Positions 47,719 to 58,341 of a stretch of 64,000 nucleotides of DNA are shown here, piece after piece; position 1 is the first letter of the stretch, and every line of letters starts with the position of its first letter. The stretch spans positions 2,656,001-2,720,000 of the forward strand of contig OZ251518.1 in assembly GCA_965242965.1 (NCBI GenBank). Direction: 5' to 3'. The notes under the pieces were generated by a model. It made no database searches. It worked only from the letters and a program-made list of their open reading frames with translations, and was not told where the DNA came from. Source of the stretch: Candidatus Poribacteria bacterium (lineage in GTDB: Bacteria > Poribacteria > WGA-4E > WGA-3G). The translations under genes were made by a program, and so were the position numbers.

Positions 47719-49626
47719 TTACCAACTCAAATAGACGACGCGGAAATCGAGGATGAGCCCCAAGATACTAATCACCGATGCCACGATGACATCGCCGATG
47801 ACGAGCCCGATGAAAAAGGGTATTGCGCGCCGATACAGCCGCACGCCGCCTGTCGAAAGCAAAATTCGCTTTATGATCCAACTGATAAGCAGCGGAAACC
47901 ACAGCCCGGTAAACGTCCACCAACTAGAGACAACGTAGCCGACAGGATGCAGGGGCCATTGGATAAATCGCCAGCGCAACAAGAGGAGACTCACGGCGAA
48001 GACGAACCCGCCAGCCGTGTAGAGCAATCCGCTGACGCTAGTCTCACTCGGATTGTAGAGCCAGCCGGCGAGGCGGTTGAATGCGGCGCGTGCATACCAC
48101 GAACGTGCCTGCTCTAACCCTACCTGATAGGAGAGGTGCAGATGCCCCCACGCCGCCGATAGTGCGCCGACGAAAATCGCAATGGCTAATACCCACAACA
48201 GGTGCGTCGGATTAAAACGGGTTTGGTGCGCGAGTTTCAGTGCCTCCAGTTGATGCGGCATCGGATGCGCGCGATAAGCGAGGTGGTTCAGCCAGAAGAA
48301 AAGCGACATGACAGAGAGATTGCGAGGCCCAATCCGGCGCGTGCCGAATGCATCCGTTAACAGCAGGTCTGGGCCAGCGTTATAGAGGTCGTGCGCGGGC
48401 GGACCGAGTTCAGCACGGATGCGCGTAATTGTCACTGACATCGCGAAATAGAGGACGAAAAAGAGGAGCGCGAACCAGAGGGACATCCCCGCCTTAACGC
48501 AGAATCCCAGAATGATGATGAGTCCGAGCAGCGCACCGAGTGCGGCGGTTTTATAGCGCATCGCTTCACCTGTATCGTGCGGCGTTTTGCCGGTGCCGAA
48601 CACGGCGCGCCAGATTGCGCGGATGTGCGCGCGTCCCATCCATACCGTCCAGAGGAATAGTGCTATCCATACGCCTCGGATTTGCGCCATCTCGCGCGGA
48701 AACCCGATGGCACTGCGCCAGCCGAAACTCTCGCCGACGATGCGTTCAAAGTGCCAGAAAAGATGGAAAAACCAGCAGGAGAAACCCAGGTCGAGTGGGA
48801 TTAAGAAGCCGACACCGATAGCGAACGGGAAGAAACTGATGCGGAAGCCGGGGTTATTCATCGCGCTCCACGGTTTCTCGGCGAGGCGAAACCCGCGATA
48901 GAGCGGAATTGTTGGAAAAACCGGATCGATCTGGTGTAAACTATAGAGTAGGTTGAGGAGAGCGGCGATGCCTAATCCGACTGCCATCGTTCGCCGGTTG
49001 AAAAACGCGCTTTTTCCTTGCGTGATTTCATAAGGCAGCTGCGCGATAGGATACGTGAGGCGTTCGTGCTCCTGCCACTGCCTGCGGAGAAGCACGTTGA
49101 GGCACAGCATCGTCACGCCGATGACAAGGCAGAACGCCACCCAGATGAGCGTCGGCAGCAGCCACGCGTTGATGTGGGTTTGCAGGTAGAGTGTGGATTC
49201 GCCCTCATAGAAACCGCGCAATACTTCCTGCTTCCCGACGACGAGCCATTCGGGAAGATGCTGATGGAAGAGTTGTGCCCATTCGTTTTCAGGTGTGGCA
49301 TACCAAAACCCGTTGCCGAGGAGTGGCATGAGCACTTGGAGCATATCGCGTCCGGCGAAGACAGAGGCTTGGCAGAGCATCGCGTAGATAGTCAGCAGCT
49401 CGGTTTGCGTCAACGCTAGCCGCGGCCGGAAGCGGCGCAGCAATGCGCTGATGCCGATGAGGACGAGCAAAGTGAACAGCACATTGAACAGCAACGCCAA
49501 ACTCGTCGGACGGTTGGAGTCCCAAATGTAACTGAGATGCAAAATCCAGTAACTGTTAAAGGGGATGAGAACAATACCGATGAGGGTTGCGCGTAAGGTG
49601 ATGGGGCTCGTTGCTGTTGGGGACAT
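47719..49626 (-). CDS. polytopic membrane protein, DUF6785/DUF6784 (putative peptide transporter) family
   Basis: Many TM helices; RRQW..ERLTYP, RIRAELG, WPLHPVGY, PFFIGL. Confidence 0.7.
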   Translation of the reverse strand: MSPTATSPITLRATLIGIVLIPFNSYWILHLSYIWDSNRPTSLALLFNVLFTLLVLIGISALLRRFRPRLALTQTELLTIYAMLCQASVFAGRDMLQVLMPLLGNGFWYATPENEWAQLFHQHLPEWLVVGKQEVLRGFYEGESTLYLQTHINAWLLPTLIWVAFCLVIGVTMLCLNVLLRRQWQEHERLTYPIAQLPYEITQGKSAFFNRRTMAVGLGIAALLNLLYSLHQIDPVFPTIPLYRGFRLAEKPWSAMNNPGFRISFFPFAIGVGFLIPLDLGFSCWFFHLFWHFERIVGESFGWRSAIGFPREMAQIRGVWIALFLWTVWMGRAHIRAIWRAVFGTGKTPHDTGEAMRYKTAALGALLGLIIILGFCVKAGMSLWFALLFFVLYFAMSVTITRIRAELGPPAHDLYNAGPDLLLTDAFGTRRIGPRNLSVMSLFFWLNHLAYRAHPMPHQLEALKLAHQTRFNPTHLLWVLAIAIFVGALSAAWGHLHLSYQVGLEQARSWYARAAFNRLAGWLYNPSETSVSGLLYTAGGFVFAVSLLLLRWRFIQWPLHPVGYVVSSWWTFTGLWFPLLISWIIKRILLSTGGVRLYRRAIPFFIGLVIGDVIVASVISILGLILDFRVVYLSW

Positions 49627-49685
49627 ATCTTATCAAATTGCGTTTCGTCTCTAATCGTCTCCCTCTCCGCCGAACGTTCTCGTGG

Positions 49686-50063
49686 GGTAGGAGAGCCCTC
49701 TTGCAGTAGGAGAGACCTCCTGGTCTCGATGCCTGCCGGTAGGAGAGCCCTCCCGGTCTCGATGCTTCAGGAAGACTGTCCCTCGTCACCGAACGTTCGC
49801 GGGGGACAGGCCCCCGCGCTACGGACACGGCGCACGTTTCACGTCCGCGGGGGACAGGCCCCCGCGCTACGAACACGGCGCAGGGTTCACGCTCGCGGAG
49901 GACAGGCATTCGCGTTACGGATTCGGCGCAGGTTTCACGTTCGCGGGGGACAGGCCCCCGCGCTACGGCTCCGGCACCTGTTTCACGTTCGCGGGGGACA
50001 GGCCCCCGCGCTACGGCTCCGGCACCTGTTTTACGTTCGCGGGGGACAGGCCCCCGCGCTACG
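49686..50063. repeat. REP array, six units with 48-nt period preceded by other REPs
   Basis: CGCGGGGGACAGGCCCCCGCGCTAC-type units at 49798, 49846, 49894, 49942, 49990, 50038. Confidence 0.9.
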
Positions 50064-50089
50064 TTAGAGTTTGAATAAAGGAAAAAAAT

Positions 50090-50308
50090 ATGCTAATAAC
50101 TGTTTTCGGTTTGATAGTTTTAGTGATGATAGGCGGCGGCGTGTTGCTTTCACGCTTAGCAACGGTTGCGAAATCCAAAGGTTCGTGGGTATGGGGATTC
50201 TTCATTCTCATCCTGCTCATCTGCGTGCCGCTTTTGCTGTTAGGGATAGGCGCGTTGTTCCTCTTCGTTAACGACGTGAATATGCCATCATTCCCGACAG
50301 GGAATTAA
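50090..50308 (+). CDS. small two-TM hypothetical protein
   Basis: AAGGA RBS, two hydrophobic segments. Confidence 0.55.
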   Translation: MLITVFGLIVLVMIGGGVLLSRLATVAKSKGSWVWGFFILILLICVPLLLLGIGALFLFVNDVNMPSFPTGN

Positions 50309-50961
50309 TCGCGCGTTTTACCGGCGAGGTAGAGGAACCAGAAAGTCATGGCGACAGCGACGATAATCCACAGGATGCCCCACATCTCTGTCGAGAGGAA
50401 GGTTATCTCCGAGAGCATGCGCGCGTCAGAACGGAGATGTGCCCTATCTAGCACATCGCTTTTGATGTCAAGGATTGCGTAGAGGCAACTCGTTACGCCG
50501 ATAGTGCGCAGCACCCAATCGTTGGCGGCTTCCGGCAGAAACATCCCCATCGCGATGAGCCCGACAGCAAAACCGAGGCAGAAAAGAATGGTAAACAATT
50601 CTTTTCCGAACCCGATGCCGATGACTATCATGCCGATGCCGATGAGGATGCTGACAGCCTTATCCCATCGGGTGCGCGCCGCCACCAGCAGGATAATCCC
50701 GCCCCACATCAGACTGCCGAGATAGCCCGCGGTGAGCGTCCAGAACCGAGAACCGCCTCTGGTGAGCGCGTGTCCACCTTGTTGCGGGTTAATCTCAATT
50801 TCGACAATCTCTCCACCGGTGACTACGGCTGCGAGCCCGTGGCTGACTTCGTGCATAAACACGACGAAAATTTTGAGTGGATAGACAACTATGGTATCCC
50901 ACAGCAGTCCGATGGCGATGAAAATGAGCAGTAAGGCGATGTAGCGTTTGAAAAGTTCCAT
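50305..50961 (-). CDS. M50B-like membrane metallopeptidase
   Basis: HEVSH zinc motif, AGYLGS, SDA; multiple TM. Confidence 0.85.
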   Translation of the reverse strand: MELFKRYIALLLIFIAIGLLWDTIVVYPLKIFVVFMHEVSHGLAAVVTGGEIVEIEINPQQGGHALTRGGSRFWTLTAGYLGSLMWGGIILLVAARTRWDKAVSILIGIGMIVIGIGFGKELFTILFCLGFAVGLIAMGMFLPEAANDWVLRTIGVTSCLYAILDIKSDVLDRAHLRSDARMLSEITFLSTEMWGILWIIVAVAMTFWFLYLAGKTRD

Positions 50962-51187
50962 TGTTTTTGTTGGTTTACCTTTGCGTTTTTGATTGCGGTG
51001 CCATTTAGTTTTCTGTTTCCGGTTCCCCTCAACGGCGGACAACTATAGAAATCTGTCCTTACAGGGCCCATCGAAGAACTAAATCGTTCTGTTTTTGCTT
51101 GCACATTAACTGCAAAATCTGTTATAGTAATACATAATACCATAGGATGCGAAAATTTAACAACCTAAAAAAACGAAAGCCTGCAGA

Positions 51188-52276
51188 ATGAACACATTTG
51201 GACACCTTTTTCGGATAACGACATGGGGAGAATCGCACGGCGGGGCAGTCGGCGTTGTTGTTGACGGATGCCCACCGCAACTCACCCTTGACATATCCGC
51301 AATACAATTTGAATTGAATCGGCGGAAACCCGGGCAGAGCCATCTCACCACACCGCGCCAAGAAGGCGATGAGATTGAGATTCTCTCCGGCGTTTTTGAA
51401 GGCACAACGCTCGGCACACCTATCTCGATGCTGGTGTGGAACAAAAACGCGCGTCCTTCAGATTACAAACACCTGAAGGATGTCTACCGTCCCTCGCACG
51501 CCGATTTTACGTATCAGCAGAAATACGGCATTCGGAATTGGCAGGGCGGCGGCAGGGCCAGCGCGCGCGAAACCATCGGCCGCGTCGCCGGTGGCGCGAT
51601 TGCCAAACAACTCCTGCGCGAGGCGTGTCAAACCGAAATCCTCGCTTACGTCAAGCAGATTCATACCTTGACAGCGGATGTTGACACCGATACAGTAACG
51701 CTGGAGCAGATAGAGGCAAGTCCGGTGCGATGCCCAAATCCTGACGTGAGCCCGAAGATGGCGGAACGGATTGACGCGGCAAGGCGGGACAGGGATTCTC
51801 TCGGCGGTGTGATTGAAAGCGTAGCGCGCAATGTCCCTATCGGACTCGGCGAACCGATTTTTGATAAACTCAAGGCTGATTTGGCGAAGGCGATGATGTC
51901 CCTCCCTGCAACGATGGGGTTCCAAATCGGTTCTGGATTCGGCGGCACCACGATGACAGGTTCGGAACATAACGATGCATTTTACAATGCGGATGGCCGC
52001 ATCCGCACCCGCACGAACAACTCTGGCGGCACGCAAGGCGGGATTTCAAACGGTGAAAATATCGTGTTTCAGGTGGCGTTTAAACCGACAGCCACTATCG
52101 GCAAGGTGCAGGAGACGGTGGATATTCACGGGAACGCGGTAGAATTAGCGGCGAGTGGAAGGCATGACGCTTGCGTGTTAGTGCGTGCACCGGCGATAGT
52201 AGAAGCGATGACGGCGTTGGTTCTGGCAGACCATCTCCTACGTCAGCGCGCGAGAACTCCCGCTGTTTCACCGTAG
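51188..52276 (+). CDS. aroC: chorismate synthase
   Basis: [40 protein letters not shown]. Confidence 0.97.
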   Translation: MNTFGHLFRITTWGESHGGAVGVVVDGCPPQLTLDISAIQFELNRRKPGQSHLTTPRQEGDEIEILSGVFEGTTLGTPISMLVWNKNARPSDYKHLKDVYRPSHADFTYQQKYGIRNWQGGGRASARETIGRVAGGAIAKQLLREACQTEILAYVKQIHTLTADVDTDTVTLEQIEASPVRCPNPDVSPKMAERIDAARRDRDSLGGVIESVARNVPIGLGEPIFDKLKADLAKAMMSLPATMGFQIGSGFGGTTMTGSEHNDAFYNADGRIRTRTNNSGGTQGGISNGENIVFQVAFKPTATIGKVQETVDIHGNAVELAASGRHDACVLVRAPAIVEAMTALVLADHLLRQRARTPAVSP

Positions 52277-52431
52277 GGCGCGGGCCTGTCCCGCGTCGTA
52301 TCCGATGTAAAGTTACCGCCACGTCATCGTAGGGCGCGGGCCTGTCCCGCGCCAAGCGCGGCGTAAGGACAGATTTCCATATTTGTCCATAGCCCACGAG
52401 ACGAACAACAGAACAGAAAAAGAAATACGTC

Positions 52432-53265
52432 ATGGAGAAGTCAAAACCTAGCGCGAGGCACGTTATCGTCGGTTATTTCCGTGAGATGCAGTCCCACAAA
52501 ACGGGCGCGATAGAAGGCATCGACATTGAATTTGTCCACGATATGCGCGTCGCCTCGCGGCGATTGCGCACGGTATTAGACGATGTTGCCGCCGCTTTCC
52601 CGCAGAGGGTGGACAAAAGATTCAAAAAGCGTTACAAAAAGATAAGAAAGATAACCCGCACGATGGGTGCGGTGCGAGATTTGGATGTCCTCATCGCACG
52701 TTTTCACGCGGAAAAAACGGTGTTGCCAGAAAGAGCACAACCAGATGTGCAAGCGTTGATTACGCACCTGAAAGAGAAACGGGACGCGGCGCGGCAACCG
52801 ATGCTGACGTTGTTTGCGAAACTGGCTGCATCCGATTTTGAGACGAAGTTTATGACGTTTTTTGACACACAGGCGTTTGATGTGCAATTTCGCGACGCGC
52901 ACATCCGGAAAATTATCCGCCAAAAGTGTGAAGACATTCGCGAATGGGAGCGTTTTATTGAAGACGCGGCGCGCCGCGAAGAACTCCACGAAATGCGAAT
53001 CGCTGTCCGGCGGCTCCGGTATTCCATGGAGGTTTTTATGCCAACCGCTGCACTTCTGTCGGAAGTCGTCGATTTGCAAAGGATACTCGGCGGCATCCAC
53101 GATTGCGATGTCGTGCTTGATGTGTTGACAAATTATCACGATGTGCATTTTCCGGGCATTGCGACGCTCATCGCGCGGACTCGCGAGAGCCGGGATGCGG
53201 ACTATGAAACGTTTTTGGAAAAATGGGAGGAGCACTTGCGATGGATAGTAACGTTATCGGTGTAG
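52432..53265 (+). CDS. CHAD domain protein
   Basis: VHDMRVASRRLR, GAVRDLDV, LHEMRIAVRRLRYSME, LQ.ILG.IHD. Confidence 0.85.
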   Translation: MEKSKPSARHVIVGYFREMQSHKTGAIEGIDIEFVHDMRVASRRLRTVLDDVAAAFPQRVDKRFKKRYKKIRKITRTMGAVRDLDVLIARFHAEKTVLPERAQPDVQALITHLKEKRDAARQPMLTLFAKLAASDFETKFMTFFDTQAFDVQFRDAHIRKIIRQKCEDIREWERFIEDAARREELHEMRIAVRRLRYSMEVFMPTAALLSEVVDLQRILGGIHDCDVVLDVLTNYHDVHFPGIATLIARTRESRDADYETFLEKWEEHLRWIVTLSV

Positions 53266-54218
53266 ATATGGGCGGCACGAAGATTCTCGCCGCCGTTGTG
53301 AATGCGGAAGGCAAAATTTTAGGCACCGCCAAAATCCCCACGAAGGCGGACAAGGGTGCGTCTGTCGTCATTGACAGGATTGCGCACTGTATCCAAAAGG
53401 CTGTTGACAAATCGCGCGTGGACACTGCGTCCATTCAGGCAGTAGGGATTGGTGCCCCCGGTCCGCTTGACCCGGGTACAGGCGTTGTCATCTTCGCGCC
53501 GAATTTGGGGTGGACAGATGTGCCGCTCAAAACCGAACTTGAAAACCGCGTCGGCATTCCAACGTTCGTTGACAACGACGTAAACGTCGGAACACTCGGC
53601 GAGCATGCGTTCGGCGTGGGCAAAGGGGTGTCAACGCTCGTCGGCATTTTCGTCGGCACCGGCATTGGCGGCGGCATTATTATGGACGGTAAACTTTTCC
53701 ACGGTGCCAGCAAAACTGCGGGAGAGATTGGCCACATCATCGTCAAAGCCGGGGGGCCGCGGTGCGGATGCGGCACGCGCGGCTGCTTAGAAGCCCTAGC
53801 GAGCCGCACGGCTATCACGAGGCAGTTGCAGAAAGCCATCGTGAAAAAAGGGAAAAAGAGCGTCCTTCCTGAACTCACCGGCGGCGATTTGAAGTTAATT
53901 CGGAGCGGTGCTTTAGCGAAGGCACTCCGGCGAAACGATAAACTCACCGTGAAAGTTTTCAAGAAGGCGACGAAATACCTCGGCGTTGGCATCGCCTCCA
54001 TCGTCAATTTCTTGAATCCGGAGATGATAGTGTTGGGCGGTGGTGTCGTTGAGGCACTTGATGATAGTTTCTTGGACGATATCAAGGACGTTGCGGCGGC
54101 TTACGCACTGCCGAATACCTTAAACGGTGTCCAGATTGTCAAGGCGCAACTGGGAGACGATGCGGGGATTCTCGGCGCGGCCGCTTTGGCACGCCAGCGG
54201 TTTGCAGCCGCGCCCTAG
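53241..54218 (+). CDS. ROK family sugar kinase (glucokinase-like)
   Basis: GVDMGGTK, DND, GTGIGGG, GEIGH, CGCGTRGCLE. Confidence 0.9.
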   Translation: MDSNVIGVDMGGTKILAAVVNAEGKILGTAKIPTKADKGASVVIDRIAHCIQKAVDKSRVDTASIQAVGIGAPGPLDPGTGVVIFAPNLGWTDVPLKTELENRVGIPTFVDNDVNVGTLGEHAFGVGKGVSTLVGIFVGTGIGGGIIMDGKLFHGASKTAGEIGHIIVKAGGPRCGCGTRGCLEALASRTAITRQLQKAIVKKGKKSVLPELTGGDLKLIRSGALAKALRRNDKLTVKVFKKATKYLGVGIASIVNFLNPEMIVLGGGVVEALDDSFLDDIKDVAAAYALPNTLNGVQIVKAQLGDDAGILGAAALARQRFAAAP

Positions 54219-54452
54219 TTGCACGATGTTCGCCCTAGGTAGGCGCGATTTGAGCCAAGAATGAATGCGCGTGCTGTTATCCGTTTTGCATTGAATTTAC
54301 CCCGGTGGGTGAGGGCCTTTTCCACGCCGTTACCCGGCACGACTTAGAGCAAGGGCTGTTCCTCGCTAGGCAAGCATTGCCCTCGGCACTGCTGTCTGCT
54401 AAGGCAACGTCATCAGCCCAGACGCGGCCAGACTACCGCTAGGAACAAAAAA

Positions 54453-56156
54453 ATGTTAGTAGATGATAACAGAGAAGAGCACCGGATGATGATTTTCGGC
54501 AACGATAGCCAGTTCGTCCAAGAGCGGTTAATCGTTGACGATAACGCGGAACGTGATGGCATCTTGGCGCAGAAAGTGCACGCCGATTCCTACACGGTCA
54601 CGTTGTATGTGCTGCTCAAGGACTATGGGCTCACGCCTGTCTTCCGTATCAAGCCGCGTATCCGCTTCCACCGCTCTAACTACGATAACCTTTCGTCCAG
54701 CGCGCCCATTTTGTATAGCGTTGACGACATCATCCATTTCGCGGAGCTGAAGCGCGGCATCGATCTGACAGAAAAGCTGGACGAAACCAAACTGGCGGAG
54801 GTTCTCGGTGATGCCCCGACGCTCACCGATATGGCGAACGACGCGGCGTTGCAACTCGTCGCGCAGCGCGATGTCTCGCTACGGAATCCGCCTTTCAAAA
54901 CGAAAACGAAAATCTTCGGCAAAGGCGATGGCGAAGGCGAGGAGGAGAGCGGGATTCCGCTCGGGAAGTTCCTTGATGCGCTCAACCATCCGAAAGACAC
55001 GGAACGGATTTTCAAGGACTTTTCGCGAGGTGCCGAGTTTGCCCGCGATTTGCGCGAGGCGTTAGCCCCGTTTGAAGCGTTTGAGTTTCAATTCGGGCTC
55101 TACTCTCGCTATGAACGGCGCGATTGCGTCTTAGCAATTGCCCCCCCGGAGATGAGCGGCGGATACCGCGCCACGTTCGATCCGTGGACAGCCTTAGGGT
55201 ATATCCGCACGACGGGGGACACACAGCAGTTCCAAATCCTCGCGCACGAACGCGGCACGCGATGGGAACACAAGATTATGCTGGAGGGGCTAGATGCGCC
55301 GACGTTAGAACGCTTGGCGCAGGAAATCCGGACACTCCGCCGCGAGTACCTGATTGGGCGCGTGTTATCGAAAAGCCAGACAGCACTGAACATCTTGGCA
55401 CATCTCCGCGAATCGCAGTTGAACCTCACTACCGATTTACCGACAGGGTATCAACTTCGGTTGGAGGTGCCGCTCGCGAATAAGCGGTTTTCTGTGATAG
55501 AGCATCGCCGAAAACTGCGAGAAATCTTTAACGGGACAGGGAACCGATACTGTCTGCATCCGCTCAACGGCGATTTTGTTGAGAAGCACCAGAACTTGGC
55601 GAAAGGCGTTCGGAACGGTGCAGTCTGGATGCTTGAAAACGTCCACTTGTTCACAGGACTGCCGCCTGCGCAGACGAACGATGAGGAATTCCTGATTATC
55701 AGAACGCCGCGGCAAAACAAGTTTGTCGTCCGTTCCGCCGCAGAACTCCGCGAACGCCTGCCTCAAAACGGGTTCGAGAAGTGTTGGAATGAGACGATTG
55801 ACGAAGGCGGCTACACTATCCTCAATTCGACGAGTGGGAGAGGCTACACGGTGAGTTATGGCCGGCGCGAGACAGGCAGTATTCACGATGGGGTTATGAC
55901 ACAGGAGGGACGCGCTCACTATCTCTCCATTGACTACTTGGGGGTAGTGCCAGCACACCCCGGTGTTGTCCGCCACGACATCCCCGAAGTGCCGCAACAC
56001 CCCGGTCTTTTTGCGAGATTAATGAATCGATTGAGTCCGTCGGATGAGCCACCCGTGCCGCCGCACTTCCGGCAAATTATTGACACGGAACGGCAGATTC
56101 TTGCGGAGATGAAGTTGCTAGCGCGATATTGTAAAGAGAAGTTGGCGATTCCGTAA
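54453..56156 (+). CDS. hypothetical protein, possible VTC/CYTH-like tunnel domain
   Basis: Long clean ORF; motif order REEHR..TLY..KPRIRF..ELK..RYER..RATFD..EHK..SK recalls VTC domain. Confidence 0.55.
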   Translation: MLVDDNREEHRMMIFGNDSQFVQERLIVDDNAERDGILAQKVHADSYTVTLYVLLKDYGLTPVFRIKPRIRFHRSNYDNLSSSAPILYSVDDIIHFAELKRGIDLTEKLDETKLAEVLGDAPTLTDMANDAALQLVAQRDVSLRNPPFKTKTKIFGKGDGEGEEESGIPLGKFLDALNHPKDTERIFKDFSRGAEFARDLREALAPFEAFEFQFGLYSRYERRDCVLAIAPPEMSGGYRATFDPWTALGYIRTTGDTQQFQILAHERGTRWEHKIMLEGLDAPTLERLAQEIRTLRREYLIGRVLSKSQTALNILAHLRESQLNLTTDLPTGYQLRLEVPLANKRFSVIEHRRKLREIFNGTGNRYCLHPLNGDFVEKHQNLAKGVRNGAVWMLENVHLFTGLPPAQTNDEEFLIIRTPRQNKFVVRSAAELRERLPQNGFEKCWNETIDEGGYTILNSTSGRGYTVSYGRRETGSIHDGVMTQEGRAHYLSIDYLGVVPAHPGVVRHDIPEVPQHPGLFARLMNRLSPSDEPPVPPHFRQIIDTERQILAEMKLLARYCKEKLAIP

Positions 56157-56258
56157 GCGTGATTGCGTGTTTCGGGCACCAATTTTTTTGCAAATTCAGT
56201 TTGAGATATGCTATAATTTTCTCAAACCGAAAGCGCACTGTAGAGGAGAACTATTTTC

Positions 56259-57494
56259 ATGATAAAGCGACTTGTCGTCAAGGGGTTGAACAACCGAGCC
56301 GATGGCACGCACGACTTGGAATTTCATCCCGATTTGAACATTTTCACCGGCCCGAACGGCTCGGGGAAAACGACGCTGCTGAAACTAATCTGGTATCTCA
56401 TTAGCGGGAATCTGGAACGCATCTTTCCGGAAATTCCGTTTCAGTTTGTTTCTATTGAGACAGACGTATTCGCTTTGGAGATGGCTTGGGTTGAACAAAA
56501 GTGGGACGGCACCTTGCGATTTGACGGACAGCACACGTTCGGTGAGAGTAAGGTTGAACTCAAATGGCGATTCACTGGAGAGAAAGAATTTTCGGAACCG
56601 TTATCCGTGGATTCGGAAACTAAGGCTATCCACCGTGCGGATGTTGATAAGATAAACGCGCTGAAAAAACGCCTCGCGCAGACGACGAAGAGCAGCCTCT
56701 TCTTTCCAACCTTTCGGCGGATTGAAGGCGGCTTCTCAAGTATCTCCGGAGATGCTGATGAACTCTCTGTGAGGTTGCGGACTTCGGCCCCGGAAGGGCT
56801 TCAACTTTCGATGTCGCAATTTTCAACGGAGATGTCGGTTAACGACCACAAGTTCATCGCCTCAATTTCAACGAATGATTTGTGGAAATTGCTAACGCAG
56901 AAATACGTTGATATTCATGAGGAAATCATCGGACTGCAGTCGCGGGTATTAGACAATATTTCAAAGCAGATCCAAACCTCTGCTGATCAGTCAGAAGCAT
57001 CTGAGACTCAGATTCTTCAAGATGTTACTTCTGTCGTGAATGCTATTAAGCATGTTGATGAGCAGAAAGATTTGCTCCGGAAGCCGTTTTCGGTGTTATC
57101 GGATCTGACTCGGCAACTCTTACAGTATCAGGCAATTCGTGTTACGGGACGGGTTGCCAGCGGGGAAATGACAGCCGGAATTACCCTCGGCGCAGGAAAA
57201 GATGGCATCACGCCCGCTGAAACCAAGGAAGCCATCTCCTCCGACAAACTCTCTGCCGGCGAGAAGCAGATGCTTAGCTTCCTCTGCTACAACGCATTTA
57301 GCGACAACGCCGCCATTTTCATTGATGAACCGGAACTAAGCCTGCATGTAGACTGGCAAAGACTACTCTTGCCTGTGCTGTTGCAGCAGCAAACCAACAA
57401 TCAATTTTTTGTGGCCACGCACTCACCTTTCGTCGCCATGAAGTATCCGGACAAGGAATTTCTCCTGGGGGATGACCGGGGAGGAGAAATCTGA
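56259..57494 (+). CDS. ABC/AAA_21 ATPase (PARIS AriA-like)
   Basis: GPNGSGKTT, PTFRRIE, LSAGEKQ, IDEPELSLHVDWQ, ATHSP. Confidence 0.85.
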   Translation: MIKRLVVKGLNNRADGTHDLEFHPDLNIFTGPNGSGKTTLLKLIWYLISGNLERIFPEIPFQFVSIETDVFALEMAWVEQKWDGTLRFDGQHTFGESKVELKWRFTGEKEFSEPLSVDSETKAIHRADVDKINALKKRLAQTTKSSLFFPTFRRIEGGFSSISGDADELSVRLRTSAPEGLQLSMSQFSTEMSVNDHKFIASISTNDLWKLLTQKYVDIHEEIIGLQSRVLDNISKQIQTSADQSEASETQILQDVTSVVNAIKHVDEQKDLLRKPFSVLSDLTRQLLQYQAIRVTGRVASGEMTAGITLGAGKDGITPAETKEAISSDKLSAGEKQMLSFLCYNAFSDNAAIFIDEPELSLHVDWQRLLLPVLLQQQTNNQFFVATHSPFVAMKYPDKEFLLGDDRGGEI

Positions 57495-58243
57495 TGCCGA
57501 ATCTGAGTGCTACGTTAACGGTAGACGATCTAATCTTCGCGCTGCGCCGTTCCCAAAAACCAAATCTCGTTGTTGAAGGCAAGGACGATGAGGGAATTTA
57601 TGGGGTGCTTGTAGAGCGGCTTGGAATATTCGACGTAGATTTTCATATTTCTGGCGGAAGGCAGAAACTTCTTGAGATTTATGAACGCAGAAGCGAATTC
57701 GCTCACGTCCCTGTCGCCTTTATCGCCGACCAGGATATGTGGTTGTTCTCAGAGAGCCCCCAACGCTATAAGGGGATTATTTGGACAAAAGGCTATAGCA
57801 TTGAGAATGACCTCTACGCCGGCGCGGAACTTGAACGCTTAATGGATGCTGTCGAAAGGCTTGAACATCAAAAGGTGTTGGAGGCCATCGTTGAATGGTT
57901 CGCGTTTGAGGTCGAAGAATTTTTAGCAGGAAGAGCAGCTGAGGTTGATACCCATTGTAACCGAATTGTTCCGCTGAATCAGACAGAAATTAGCGATGAG
58001 TTTCGCAAGAGCCGCGGATTGCGCCGACCTAATCCACAACTTCATCAACAAATCAGGGAAGCATATCAACTTCAACTGAGAGGAAAGCATCTTTTTGACT
58101 TGCTCCTTCGGTTTCGGGGCACTAAGCATAGCCGTCGTGGACTGCACGAAATCGCATTGAAGATGCCGGATTTTCACCCGTTAATGGATAGGCTAATGCA
58201 GGAGATAAACCGAAAAATCGCCGAGCAGAGAGGTGTGTCTTGA
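57494..58243 (+). CDS. DUF4435 TOPRIM-like protein (PARIS AriB-like)
   Basis: VVEGKDD, IADQD, YSIEN, RGK; TGATG coupling with ATPase. Confidence 0.75.
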   Translation: MPNLSATLTVDDLIFALRRSQKPNLVVEGKDDEGIYGVLVERLGIFDVDFHISGGRQKLLEIYERRSEFAHVPVAFIADQDMWLFSESPQRYKGIIWTKGYSIENDLYAGAELERLMDAVERLEHQKVLEAIVEWFAFEVEEFLAGRAAEVDTHCNRIVPLNQTEISDEFRKSRGLRRPNPQLHQQIREAYQLQLRGKHLFDLLLRFRGTKHSRRGLHEIALKMPDFHPLMDRLMQEINRKIAEQRGVS

Positions 58244-58341
58244 TAGCACCCGCTTCTCCGAATAACAGAGGCCGGAGTCCCGAGCCGCTTGCAAATGCAT
58301 TTTGCAATGAGCGCATTTTGTTTGTAGGAGGAACCCAAACC

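Noticed and set aside
49790-50063. Regular 48-nt period array resembling CRISPR
   Set aside because: Spacers are similar or identical to each other, the repeat is the dispersed REP, and no cas genes are present
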